NCBI RefSeq assembly: GCF_002105155.1
Contig: NW_019029015.1
Coordinates: 248,001 to 312,000 of the forward strand
DNA: 64,000 nucleotides
Direction: 5' to 3'
Source of the DNA: Lobosporangium transversale
Taxonomy: Eukaryota
A program made the translations under genes and the position numbers. Each line of letters opens with the position of its first letter. Position 1 is the first letter of the stretch. The notes below the pieces were generated by a model. That model was not told the origin of the DNA. It saw only the letters and a list, made by a program, of their open reading frames with translations, and did not search any database. Shown here piece after piece: positions 1 through 11,213 of the stretch.

Positions 1-855
1 TCGACGGCTACGGGCATGGACCTCACGAACATATGATACCGTCAACTTTTCGGCATCAGTGTCAGTGAGCGCAGAGATAATCTCAGCATTTGTAGCAAGA
101 CCAAAGGTTGGGATATTTGGGGTGTAATCGTTATCGGATATAACGCCATAGACCAGGAGTTGACTGTCCCTTGAAAACCCAAGGGCTTGCAGGACCTCTT
201 GTTTCTCATAGAGTGCAAACATGTGATGGCGACGAGGGATTGGACGAAGAACTCTTTTTATAGAAGGATAGATGAGAAGGTCAGAGTCCCCAGACACAGC
301 GATACTGGTTGGTGTACATTTGGCGGCAATACACACATCAGCCTCATTTCTACAATGGCAAATCACAAAGTTATTGTATCGACCGAATGGCGCCGCGAGC
401 TCCCTCTTCTCGTTATGACTGAATGTGAAGAGCTGTCGAAGATTCTTTTTAATGGCAATCATATGGCTTCGAGATTCCCATTTGCCTTCATTGGACTTGG
501 TTTCCATGTTGGCTATGAGCGTATCGAGTTTTGCATCCGCTGCTGTACGCTTAGCATCTCGGTCCCTATAGGCGCGCGTTTTTTCTTCGCAGCGAGGCCC
601 ATCAATGTGTATCGTCACTGTGGCAAGAGGACCAAAGATTTTTCGAATGATACTAGCCATAGCATGGCCGCAGGCAGTGAAAGAACTCTGCCGGCTGAAT
701 CTCCTTAGGATGATATTATGTATATCGCTGTGGAAAGTGCCAAGCAGATCCAGCTCAAAAGATGAATGGGGTTCAGCAGCAAGCTCATGTACATCAATCT
801 CCTTTGGTGGCAGGTCTCTCCTTGAAAGGTATGAATAGAGTCCTTTAATACCCAT
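1..855 (-). CDS. Intronless XPG/FEN1-family (PIN-fold) 5' nuclease ORF, truncated by the window edge, probably mobile-element encoded
   Basis: Manual translation gives 285 open codons from ATG 855 to base 1: MGIKGLYSYL...FELDLLG...IHIDGPRCEEK...RNEADVCIA...VSGDSDLLIY...ISDNDYTPNIPTFGLATN. XPG-N, XPG-I and H2TH-like acidic motifs are all present in order. Absent from the ORF track because no stop lies in the window. Confidence 0.85.
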   Translation of the reverse strand, partial: MGIKGLYSYLSRRDLPPKEIDVHELAAEPHSSFELDLLGTFHSDIHNIILRRFSRQSSFTACGHAMASIIRKIFGPLATVTIHIDGPRCEEKTRAYRDRDAKRTAADAKLDTLIANMETKSNEGKWESRSHMIAIKKNLRQLFTFSHNEKRELAAPFGRYNNFVICHCRNEADVCIAAKCTPTSIAVSGDSDLLIYPSIKRVLRPIPRRHHMFALYEKQEVLQALGFSRDSQLLVYGVISDNDYTPNIPTFGLATNAEIISALTDTDAEKLTVSYVREVHARSRR

Positions 856-1260
856 CTAGAGAAAGTATAGTGTAAAACAGTGCAAGCAATGTTGGTTTAA
901 GCGGCTAAAGATTGAAGCTGAAGTTGTTAGAGTAGAGATAGTTTACCTTTAAGAAAGCAAAAAGTTATGATCTGTGAGGGGATGAGGGTGTAAGAGTACG
1001 GGTGAGAGTGCGAAAGCAATGTCGTTGTAAAATGAGAGAGAGAGAGGGAAAAAGAGAAGGAGGCAGGACGTGTTTATAGGTGTATGAAAGAGAACGAAAC
1101 AAAAGGCTGATGAATTTGGAACAACTCGAAACAATAAGATTCTCAGCGACAAGTTTTAACTTTTTGGATTTCGAGTATTGTTTACAGCTCTTCTCCAATC
1201 ATCTACATTTACCAAATCAAGCCTTCGCCATGACAATCAACAAGAAATAAAAAAAACAGA

Positions 1261-1921
1261 CTTCCTTACGTTCCCCCTCGGTATGTGTATCTGTCTGAAC
1301 ACGTCCTAACTGACATCCTCTCGACAATCCTTCCAAGGCTGCAGTGTTTGAATGTGTACAGGGAACAAAAGAGGTCTAGATACAGGCTCTCTTTGTGACA
1401 TTGAAGGAGATCGCATGTTTCATGGCTATCGAGACAAGGTACCCCTACAGGCACAAGACAAAGGTATAACTCGGTTCAAACTCAAAGGAACGGTTTTGCC
1501 AATGGCCTTGTTCTGAATCCACTTGCCTATGACACAGTCCAGACGAAGAGACAGCAGCAGTCTGACGTAGATGAAGAAGATCTCAGCCAGGAATTGAAAC
1601 TTTCTCAAGGATTCCTTAACACGGCGTGTTTTAAAGGCAGCCGGTGAAGACCTGACAGATAAAGACTACGCAAACATAAACTGGAAGAGGAGCCCCAAAC
1701 TTCTTGAAAACGTTGGACTCATATTCCATGAGCTAGGGCGATGCTCATCTGCAAATACCACAACTACCGTCTAATGCGATCCTGGTATTGTTAATGCCCT
1801 TACGTTTTCTTCGCTAGACCGTCACAACCCTGACCTGCGTCAAACGGTGAAGGTGAGAAGTAGGCTCGTCAACAGCCTGTGTGCCTTATATGCGTTGCAC
1901 CAATGCTCACTGACAGGTTGA
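1261..1921 (+). pseudogene. Degenerate TnpB/Fanzor-like fragment (pre-RuvC region plus RuvC-I motif)
   Basis: Segments joined across frameshifts: LPYVPPRYVYLSEHVLTDIL (1261), RFKLKGTV/ANGLVLNPLAYDT (1470-1535), an acidic linker, then KLLENV...TTTTV*CDPGIVNALTFSSLD (stop 1772-1774, CDPG 1775-1786). Motif order resembles eukaryotic Fanzor1-type proteins; recognised by eye. Confidence 0.55.
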
Positions 1922-3588
1922 GTCCAAATTCGAGATACCAAAATAGCCTTCTTTGAATCCATGGGGAGGAAAGACACCAAGCCGGCAACAACAATAGGAT
2001 ATGATCAGTTGCATATTTCACAGTACACGTGTTACATGAAAATTTATAATACAGACATACTAACAGCTCTATGCCCCATAGTGTGGTGCCCGAGACAAAC
2101 TTGCAGTTTTATTTTGATACAAATTTGGATAAATGCCCCATGGATGTGATGTGTGAATCCACATCCTATTCTCACTTCTGCTCCCTGGTTACTATTTGTC
2201 TGTCTAAAATTTTTCATGAGCTACTACAAACATGACTAGGTCGGGAAAGGCCTTCGTCTTGAAAAAGTTGTAAGTATTAGCTTGACAGTGCTTTCTTGAC
2301 TAATCTCTTTATTTCTATGCTTGGTCTAGATGGTGTTTCTTTATGGAGAGGACTATTTAGACAACATATAGACCCCACATATCTTAATCATAATAAATTG
2401 GCTTGGTGGCATTGTTGTAAAAAATATCTTTGCTCAAGGGACAGAAAGATAGACACAATCAGGAAAAGGCAGGACAAAGAGTGTCAACAAGATTGACAAG
2501 AGAAAATAGAGTCAAATAACCTTGACTACAAACAGCGCCATAGAATGTCAAAAGAAAAGATGGGAGCTTTATAGGTGAGCTCACAAACTGAGTTACCGGA
2601 AGACAAATGCTTGTTGTGAAAAGGGGGAAAAGATAAATGGCAAGATGAACTGCAGGTGAAGAATAAGACATGTGGGGAAAACTGAAGACTTTATTAAGAA
2701 GGAAGTTTCTTTGGCTTTTATACTCGGTAGCTTCTAGGTGAGGCGGACCCGCCTATGACTACAAAGGGCTTTTGCGCAAAGATTCCTTAAGCTGGTTCGA
2801 CAGATTAGTGGATACAAAATAAACTGAAATTAACTTTAATGACCAGTCACACCACTTGCAAACAAGCGAGTCAATTGGCTGCCAATACATTTAAGAGTAT
2901 TCAAAAAATATAAGGGATCGCGACCAAATGGAACGGGCTATACTATATTTACGGTCTCCACAGGACTATAAGTCCCTCTTTGCACTCTTCGAGCGTTTGG
3001 GCGATAGCTTCTTCTCTCTCTTCAGCTCTTATCACATTCAGCTCGCACAGCAGACCTGGCAAGATAAAGCTCTTAAGAGGAGGTGAAAAATATTCTGTAA
3101 ATAGATAGTAAGCAGCAGAAAAGTAGGTGAGAATAAGATGTAGGTTCATTTTCTGGTAAAGGAACCAGTCAACTATGTGGCATATCTATAAGATGACAAA
3201 GGCTCATTCCAAAAACCTCATGTCAACGATTTCTTGTGTCTATGTGTGGTGCGTTATTGCCACTAATTTCTACTGCTAATCTTAGCGCATTAGTGTTTTT
3301 TACTCGGTATTTTTCTAACTAGGCCATCATAAAATTGCATACTGTACTGTGGATCAGTGTATGCAACAGAGCGTGCGATGAGTATCGCAGCCCCCACGGC
3401 GCTGCAACTTCCAACGGTAATAATACCAGACTCCCTCTACTCTAGACTCACCTTCGCTTATTTCCTTCGAAATAAAAAGCTAGAACCATGTAATCTGTAG
3501 GATACACGTTGCCGCTTGTAGATAAAATAAAGACCCCATGCAAATAACCTCATCCAATTTATCAAGCAAAAAATTCAAGAAGCAAAAG

Positions 3589-3661
3589 AGGTCTCGCCGA
3601 GACTCGAACTCGGATTGCAAGATTCAGAGTCTTGATTGCTAACCAATTACAACACGAAACC
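3589..3661 (-). tRNA. tRNA-Gln, anticodon CTG
   Basis: The reverse complement GGTTTCGTGTTGTAATTGGTTAGCAATCAAGACTCTGAATCTTGCAATCCGAGTTCGAGTCTCGGCGAGACCT folds into a cloverleaf. Acceptor GGTTTCG/CGAGACC, anticodon arm CAAGA-CTCTGAA-TCTTG, T-loop TTCGAGT, followed by TTTT. Confidence 0.96.
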
Positions 3662-3685
3662 ATATCAAGCTGATTTTTGTCGTAA

Positions 3686-3976
3686 ATGACGCCTATTCAT
3701 TTACCTAAATATGTATTTCCTTTCAATTTATTTATTTCCTATCATCCTATTTTCTACCATTTTTAAATAGTATTTAAGTAGCTTTTTCCTTCACTGCAAA
3801 AACGGCATCTCTCTTCTTATTATCGATGCCCTTTTGCAGGTGAGTTTATCTTCATTATTCTCATTATGAATTCTCAGAAAATTAGCAGTTATTAAAGATC
3901 TCTCTTCTTATTATCGAAAAAAAAAAAAAAAAAAAAAAAAAGGAAATACATATTTAGGTAAATGAATAGGCGTCAT
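3686..3976. repeat. Foldback/MITE-like element with perfect 38-bp inverted repeat
   Basis: ATGACGCCTATTCATTTACCTAAATATGTATTTCCTTT at 3686-3723 and its exact reverse complement at 3939-3976. Internal 20-bp direct repeat ATCTCTCTTCTTATTATCGA at ~3807 and ~3898. Confidence 0.8.
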
Positions 3977-4367
3977 CCACGGCGGTCAGGGTTTATGAAA
4001 TCATGGATACAGCGGCTCTTGTCGTTGTGCAGTAATAGCTGTATATTGACTATAGTTTCTGGAGCATTTTGTTCATAGAATGTAGATAATAAATCCCATG
4101 GCCCTGAGGGTCCTTGTTATCAAAAAAAAAAAAAAAAAAAAAAAAAAAAGATGGAAATAATGAACGTAAATAGCAGATTTACGACAGATTTCCAAGATAT
4201 TTAAATATATTTATATCCTTTTATGATTCACAGCCACAGTCGCTTATATAAGCCACATGAGACTGGTATTTGCTATAAATGTTTTTTTTTTTTTTTTTTT
4301 TCATTTAAAAGGTAGTTTGAGTTGTTTGGTTCCATATGTCCTTGTTCCATTTCCTTACTTCCTTACC

Positions 4368-4807
4368 ATGCGTCAATTAGCACATCATGAACAAAAACTT
4401 CTCAAGAAGGTCGACTTTATGCAATGGAAGTCGACTGAGAATATCAGGGAGATAAAAGTCATGCGTAAATACCATCTTCAGAAACGTGAGGACTACACAA
4501 AGTAAGCAAGAGTACCTAAAAAGAAGTACTTGGTTACTTGGGACAGGATGGAGACGAAGTATAATGCAGGGCAAACGAAGTTTTTACTTTAAATTGTAAA
4601 GAACCAATTCATGGAAAGCACCACGGGAGGTCAAAGGCGACAATTATAAGGCTTTATGAGCCACAGAATATGTTATATCATTTTGAAGCCAGCTCTTTTG
4701 AGCCAGGACTGACCAAAGCTTCGCTAATGAGAACCAACAAAAGGATGTTGACGAGATCAAAGGTTTTATAGGGAAATGAAATGAAAAGTAATCCCCCGCC
4801 AGAGTGC

Positions 4808-4839
<32 letters not shown>

Positions 4840-5503
4840 ATTTTCTATCACTTTGAACTGGTTAGATAGGTGACTATTTGGATGAAGCAAGGAGGTCGTT
4901 GTGTCAAAAATCTGAAGCAAACTTATAAGATTATCATATTTCCTAACAAATAAATATTTTTTGGCAATATCTTCTTTTGTTTTCCATCTAGGTACAATAA
5001 ACTTGCAGGAAGCATTAAATCATTAGCCAATAAGATCTCTCTTTTGCCACCACAGGACCCTTTTCGCCGTAAACAGGAAGAGGCACTTCTGGAAAAGCTT
5101 TACAGTATGGGATTGATCACAGCACAGAAACAGTTTTCTCAAGTGGATAAGATCACAGTATCATGTTTCTGTCGTCGTCGGTTACCCATTGTGATGTGTC
5201 GGCTTAAAATGGCAGAGACCGTTAAGGAAGCTGTGACCTTTGTGGAGCAGGGACATATCCGGGTTGGTCCGGAAACGGTGACTGATCCAGCTTACTTGGT
5301 GACACGTAACATGGAAGACTTTGTCACCTGGGTTGATACTTCCAAGATCAAGAGAAAGATCATGAAATACAACGATAAGGTATACGAAAAAAAAAAAAGA
5401 AAAAAAAAAAAAAAAGAAAAAAAAAAAGCTACAGAAACAGTGCTAACTTGTTTTTTTTTTTATTTGTATCATTTTTTTATTATAGCTGGACGACTTCGAT
5501 CTT

Positions 5504-5509
<6 letters not shown>
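4368..5509 (+). CDS. IMP3: U3 snoRNP protein Imp3 (S4 domain); exons 4368-4501, 4992-5379, 5486-5509
   Basis: [17 protein letters not shown]...REDYTKYNKL...[10 protein letters not shown]...[56 protein letters not shown] junctions keep the frame. Confidence 0.96.
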
Positions 5510-5539
<30 letters not shown>

Positions 5540-6312
5540 CTTGTTTCCTTGTACGATATGCATCTTCATTGCCGTAGTAAAACTACTTAAAAAATCAAAA
5601 GGCACTTTAATAAATCAATATAAAAAAAATAAAATATTTTACAATATCAAACATGTCATGTTGTACTTGTGCGCTATTCTCTACACTTCAAAGAAAAGGC
5701 CACGTCTACAATACATGGATATTTAAAAGCCTTACTTCACTATCCTAATTTCTTGACACATTACCTCACCTATCTCTGAACCTTTACTTTCATTTACTAT
5801 CTCATTTCTTGAAACTATGCCTGCCACATGCTCCCTCCTATCACACGTTCGTCGTCTGCACCTTCATCTTCCATACGTCCGTCGCCTGTTAAACGCTCTC
5901 GCTCTATTTATAGAGTTTCAAGCCATTCAACAACCGTTTCTCAGTTGGAATGATCCACATCAGGGGTACCACGTATCATCCGAGCACGGCGAACCAAACG
6001 GGCTGTAGAGACTGAAAAAGAGCCACAAGGCCAACAGATAACGGAGGATGAAGAGAAGCTGTATGATAGGGTTTAAAACTTCATCGACGAGTGCGTCCTG
6101 CTTGGCTTTCTCGAATAGGAGGGGAAAGAAGGGGAAAGAAAGAGCCAGAGAAAAGAAGAGTTAAGATCGCAATTGAACTTGGATTCAGCGTTTGCTTGGA
6201 CACAGGTTGCTCTTCTCAGTAAAGGTGTATCTATCCTACTTCAGAATAATTATACAGAAGGGAGTCGTTTAAGCCAAACTTACACCGTCAGGTTACTGCC
6301 GAGCATTACACG

Positions 6313-6344
<32 letters not shown>

Positions 6345-6550
6345 ATGGACCTGAAATAGATAGATTTCAATGATGGCCCCCTTCGAACATCGTCCATAGC
6401 CTCTGCTTCAATAATGGATTACTTCAGCCATCGATACATATGCATGGTTAAATTGATTGGACACTAAAAGTCGTAGAATATGAGCGTTGAAATGCTTGAT
6501 TTCATTTCTGTTTTTTCTTTAGGTGTGGTGTTGATATATGATATAGCCCG

Positions 6551-6722
6551 TTTCATTTGGTCATGATACCTTATATTTTTTGAATACTTTCGAGTGTATT
6601 GGCAGCCAATTGGCTCGCTTGTTGCGAGTATTGTTGCAAGTCCGTCACGTAGTGAAATGCCACCAGAACAATTCAATCATCGTTTTTAGATTAAAAATAT
6701 AAGGTATCATGACCAAATGAAA
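6551..6722. mobile_element. MITE-like element, perfect 30-bp terminal inverted repeat
   Basis: TTTCATTTGGTCATGATACCTTATATTTTT at 6551-6580 and its exact reverse complement at 6693-6722. Imperfect extension of ~10 bp outward; non-coding interior. Confidence 0.65.
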
Positions 6723-7767
6723 TTGGCGAAATATTTGATGAATTTTTTTTTTTCTAAATTATTCGCTCCAAAAAAAAAAAGGAAAAAGAAACACGAGCGA
6801 GTGGCGTCAAGGCAAGACTTTGATACTTCTTTGGGCTTAATCACTTAGTTTAGCCCGGACTGTAAACCGGGCTAATTTGCCCATTTAGCTTCCATCAACT
6901 CATGGGCAGATCAGATCCAAGTTCTCTGTGCTTTCTACCAGCAGAAAACAACCGTCTATTGCATGCCAAGGAAGAAAAAACAATCAGTAAAAATTAATCA
7001 GTGAAAATCAATCAGCAAAAAAATCAATAAAACCCATATATATATATATCAAGCAATATCATCACGATGAACTATGTCCGCCATTTCCTTGTCTCCATTC
7101 CTTTATTTTTCATTTTTCATTCCTTCTTCCCAGCCTAAAGAAAAACAAACACCTTTCCGGCTCCTTTTCGCTAGAGGTGTTACCGAATCTCCATACTGGG
7201 CTAAAAATGGTTGTCATTTGAGATTTTAAAAAATCGCTTGATTGCATGCTCAAGTCTTTGTCTCTAACAGCAATAGTAGCAAGGCAACCTGCTAGGTGGT
7301 GTTCATAGGTATCCCACAGGTACGCGTTGTTACCAGTCCCCTAGCATCAGTCCTACCACGATTATAATACTACTGTAGGCGAGTCCTCTTAAAGAGGGTA
7401 TGGGAAATTATTATGATTAAATGAGCTCAACAAAATCCATTGACAAGCGGACCATTTTGGCCCACTTCTTGAGGGTGGACTGTACTCAAGTCGAAAATTA
7501 GTGAATGGATGAGGCTGAAATAATCAACTTAATGGTGTTCATATAATAAAGAGTATCCGGATAGAATACCTTTTATACGTACTGGTACCCTTCAATCATG
7601 TTTTTGTTCTTGAAAATTAAGCCGCAGCCTCCTGCTTCCCTATATCCAACTATACATCGGTCAAGGTCATAGGCTCATCAATTTTAATAAAAACCTCAAC
7701 ATACCTAGAATGAACACATCATTGTTGGTGTTCTGTGCGAGCGGGAGAGAAATGAGAGTCGAATTGC

Positions 7768-8830
7768 TTGATAGCGTTTCTTTTCCAGAACATAAAATGC
7801 TTGAGGAGGAGGAGGGAGGTAGAAGTTGGAAGGAAGAAACGCAGAAAGATCCAGGTTCAAGTTAATTTACCACCCCCACCACTGTTTGAGCTACTCTCAA
7901 TGCCAGAGAATAGCGCTTATATCAGTCTACTTACTGAACTAGCACAAGACTCGCCGCTTATAAGTCTCTTCAAACAAGCAGGGACCATTGATCGTTCTTG
8001 GATGAATATTAATTGTGAGGAGTTTCTGACATGGATTGCCATCACAATACACATTGGCCTCTACAAAATTACTCTCAACCAATACTGGAACAATGAAGCA
8101 TTTCAGCCGGCTCATGAGATCTCAAAATACATGCCGCTCATTCGCTAGGAACAGATCAAAAGCTTCCCTCCATATTTCCGATCCGAGGAAAGAGACCCAG
8201 CTCTTCATCGATAAACTATAGGATAGTGGATACATCAATTTTCAATTCGCATATCATAAGCCAAATAGCTGGATCTTTTCTCTCACAGAGAATTCCGAGA
8301 ACAGCTCGTTCACCACACTGTTAGACCAGAACGCTTTGGAGTCATTAAAAAAGATTCACAGCCGAAAACCACCAAAAACTTTAAGCTTCCTGACACCAAT
8401 GTCCCTCACAGAGTACAATGACAAGAGAAATGCTCAACTTGCGCCCTCTACGAATATACTCGACTTCAGGGTTCGCTCACTACCCAGCTTTTGGAAAAGC
8501 CCCTCAATCGAGAGTCGCTGTTGATCTGGTAGGCGATGGATATATGGATAAGGGCAATGATAAGAACATTTTCCGCATAATGTAGCAGTCATGCAAGCGC
8601 CCACAGCCAGAAAATTGGTTATTTGGTTATTTGATGTTACGCCAGGATGTTTGTGTTGTGTTGACACAAAACACAGCACAAGAGCAAACAAAGTCCACTT
8701 TAAAGTAAAAATGTAGGGGCAAAACTTCTTACGGAAAAAACGAAGCATATAATGCATAATCACTCATTTCTCTCCTTTTGTGGAGTCCAGACTTCATTTT
8801 TGTTCTTTTACGCTATGCCACATGCCTCCC
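7768..8830 (+). mobile_element. Decayed piggyBac-family (DDE_Tnp_1_7-like) transposase
   Basis: RSWMNINCEEFLTWIAITIHIGL...QYWNNEAFQPAHEISKYMPLIR*EQIKSFPHISDP matches the piggyBac N-terminal signature (W..v...E...f.g....mG...YW....i...M...RF.qI...lH). A TEYN motif (~8410) and an eroded Cys-rich tail follow, with stops and frameshifts. Confidence 0.75.
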
Positions 8831-9128
8831 AAGTTGACGTTTTGTTTTTGGTGATCATTAAAAATAAAACTGCATTTCAAGTAGTCGATCACTTTGGACA
8901 TTTCTATGTACTTTATCTTTTTAGTTCCTTTAGTTAATGCATGCAACTGGTATCTATATCCTTTTGCGTTTTAAAAACTTTTTTTTTATTAAGTGAAAAA
9001 TATTTACTTTTTTTTTTTTTTTTTTTACTATCCCAAGGACGTTGAGGACTAATTTTGAAATTGACCTTGTTCCTTTATGGAGACATGGGGTATATGTACA
9101 TGAAACCCCATTTTCTGGAATTGCCTTT

Positions 9129-9791
9129 TTAAGGAGGGCAGTTCTGGGCGATGACGCCGTTGGCTAAGGAAAAAAAAAAAAAAAAAAAAAAAAAAAACAT
9201 AAGAATAAGCTCATTATAGGAACAAGAAAGAAAAAGAAAAAAGACGGATAAAAATGTCATACCAGCCTGGCAGAAGAGGACGTGGCCGTTGCCGTTGGTG
9301 GCCGAGACTTGGAGAATGACAGGGATCTTTTTTTTTTTTTTTTTTTTTTTTTTGAAATAGAATGAATAAGCGCGTTATTATTTCTTTCTGGTAGAAGAGG
9401 ATAACAAGTTTCAAAAACTTCGGTAACTTACACCAGCAGGAGCAGTGGGCTTGACCAAGACGCAGGCAGTGATTGAGGTCATGGTGATTGGGATTGGGCA
9501 AGGGACACCTTGACTGCCAAGGAGAGTGCAGAGATCATGGGCATCCGTGTAGACGATACGGTTAAGGTATTTGCCAACGATATTGAGCTTGGCACCCTGG
9601 GTAACAGGGGCGCTCAGAATACCAGTACCACTGGCGCAGACGTTCTGTCCGATGCAGAGAGGGTAAGGCGCCAAAGTGAAGTTGGTGACGAGCAGATCCG
9701 TGGCACCAGTTGCGCAGTTGTATGGAGTTGGCATCTGAGCGCTCGACAATGCGAGGCAGGCAAGGGCAACGATGGCAGCGAAGAACTTCAT
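9129..9791 (-). CDS. Secreted ML-domain (MD-2/NPC2-like lipid-binding) protein; exons 9791-9432, 9326-~9263, ~9163-9129
   Basis: Signal peptide MKFFAAIVALACLALSSA, then NC..., PYPLC, DLCTLL...CPI and LFCQ, the Cys pattern typical of ML domains. Ends ...VIAQNCPP*. Confidence 0.8.
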
Positions 9792-11180
9792 GATAGATAG
9801 AATCCTTGAAGCAGTGAAGAGTCGAGAAGAGGCAGAGAGAAGAGGCGGTGTGTGGTCCTGAGGATGAAGAGGAGGATAAAATGGTTCCTCCTGGATGCTT
9901 TTATACCTTTTTTTTTTTTTTTTTTTTTTTTTGGGGGAGGGGGATTACAGTTGTGGAGCTTGAGTACAAAGTTCTATGGTCAGTGGACATGGCAGGAAGG
10001 GCGCTAGTTACGAGAAGGCTGGCCTCGGCCCACATCGTAGACGCCTTCTAGGTTTCTACTAGAGGTTTTTAAAAAAAAATACAGGTGTTCAATAACCCCA
10101 GAAATACTGCATTTTTGGCTTCTGCTTCCTATTGGCGCAAGTTCACCATTACGCTCATGAGCCAAGGGGAATGTGAGGTCGACAATCTGTCAGTTAAGCC
10201 AATGTTGTTGTGGAGGAAGAAGATTTAGCAAATGTCGAGTATGACGAGGGCGTTTTTTTTTTGTTTTTTTGTGGGGAGGAGAAGGGGCAGAGAGAGGCGG
10301 CAATCGGGGCGCATTTGTATATTTGAGCCCAAGGTCATAAGACGCGATGGAATCGGAAAAGAGGGGTCCCTGCGAATGCGGACAACGGAAAGAAGAAGCA
10401 GCCAAACAAACATGTGCTTATTTGCCTAGTATGTCTTGTTTGCACAGGACGTGTGCGCCTTGGACATTCTTCTCTCCTTGTCTCTCTCTTCCTTTGCCCG
10501 CCATTGTTTCTCTTTGTTTGTTTTGTGAGTCGATGCAGGAGGATAGGATGTGTGGGCGAAGATATAAAACAATCGTCAACTAATGCAAAAATATAAATAA
10601 AAGAAGATAGAATAAATAAGCAGGAGAAGTAATGTTGATTGGTAAGCTTTCATCCATCCTTTTCCTTCAGTTGTTCCTCCAACATGTTTTGGTTTCTTTT
10701 ATTGCATTCATCCAGCAAAATGTTACTTGTCTACATTTCATTGTAAATAAGCTGACTGAAAAAAATAACCATTATACGCACAACAACAAACATAAAAAAA
10801 AGCAAGGGTTCTTCAGCATGCATATGAAGCAGCAGCAGCGATGCCGTTCGCGCTTCATCCATAATCAAGGCCCTTTGTTTATTACATAATTGATGTTCAT
10901 GCAAAATGCAGATTGACGTACATGCGACCAAAGAGACGCGTCAAAAATTGGGCGAAATTTATCACGTGTTGGCTATTAAGGTCATCAGCGGCTGATCGCT
11001 TTCCTGAAAGCAAAGAGCACGTAACAGAGCCTTCCTTTCATTTAGGAAGTGCACTGCGGAGCATAGTTGATGCTGTTTGCCTCAGGATTATCCACCTGAG
11101 ATGAAATGCTATCGTTTGTTATGTTTGACCATTTTTTAACTATTTATTTTTATTTCTATTTTTCAAAGTCAAGCAGAGTG

Positions 11181-11213
<33 letters not shown>

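Noticed and set aside
187..838. Plus-strand ORFs of 173 aa and 77 aa in the track
   Set aside because: Antisense shadows of the minus-strand XPG-like ORF; no motifs.
2230..2760. LGGIVVK motif and an intron-like segment suggesting a hydrolase pseudogene
   Set aside because: No GHS nucleophile context and many stops; too degenerate to support.
5828..6118. Coding-like frame with in-frame stops (MLPPITRSS...)
   Set aside because: No recognisable homology; may be a pseudogene but cannot be supported.
6850..6875. 9-bp hairpin TTAGCCCGG/CCGGGCTAA as a Helitron 3' end
   Set aside because: No properly spaced CTRR terminus, and short enough to arise by chance.
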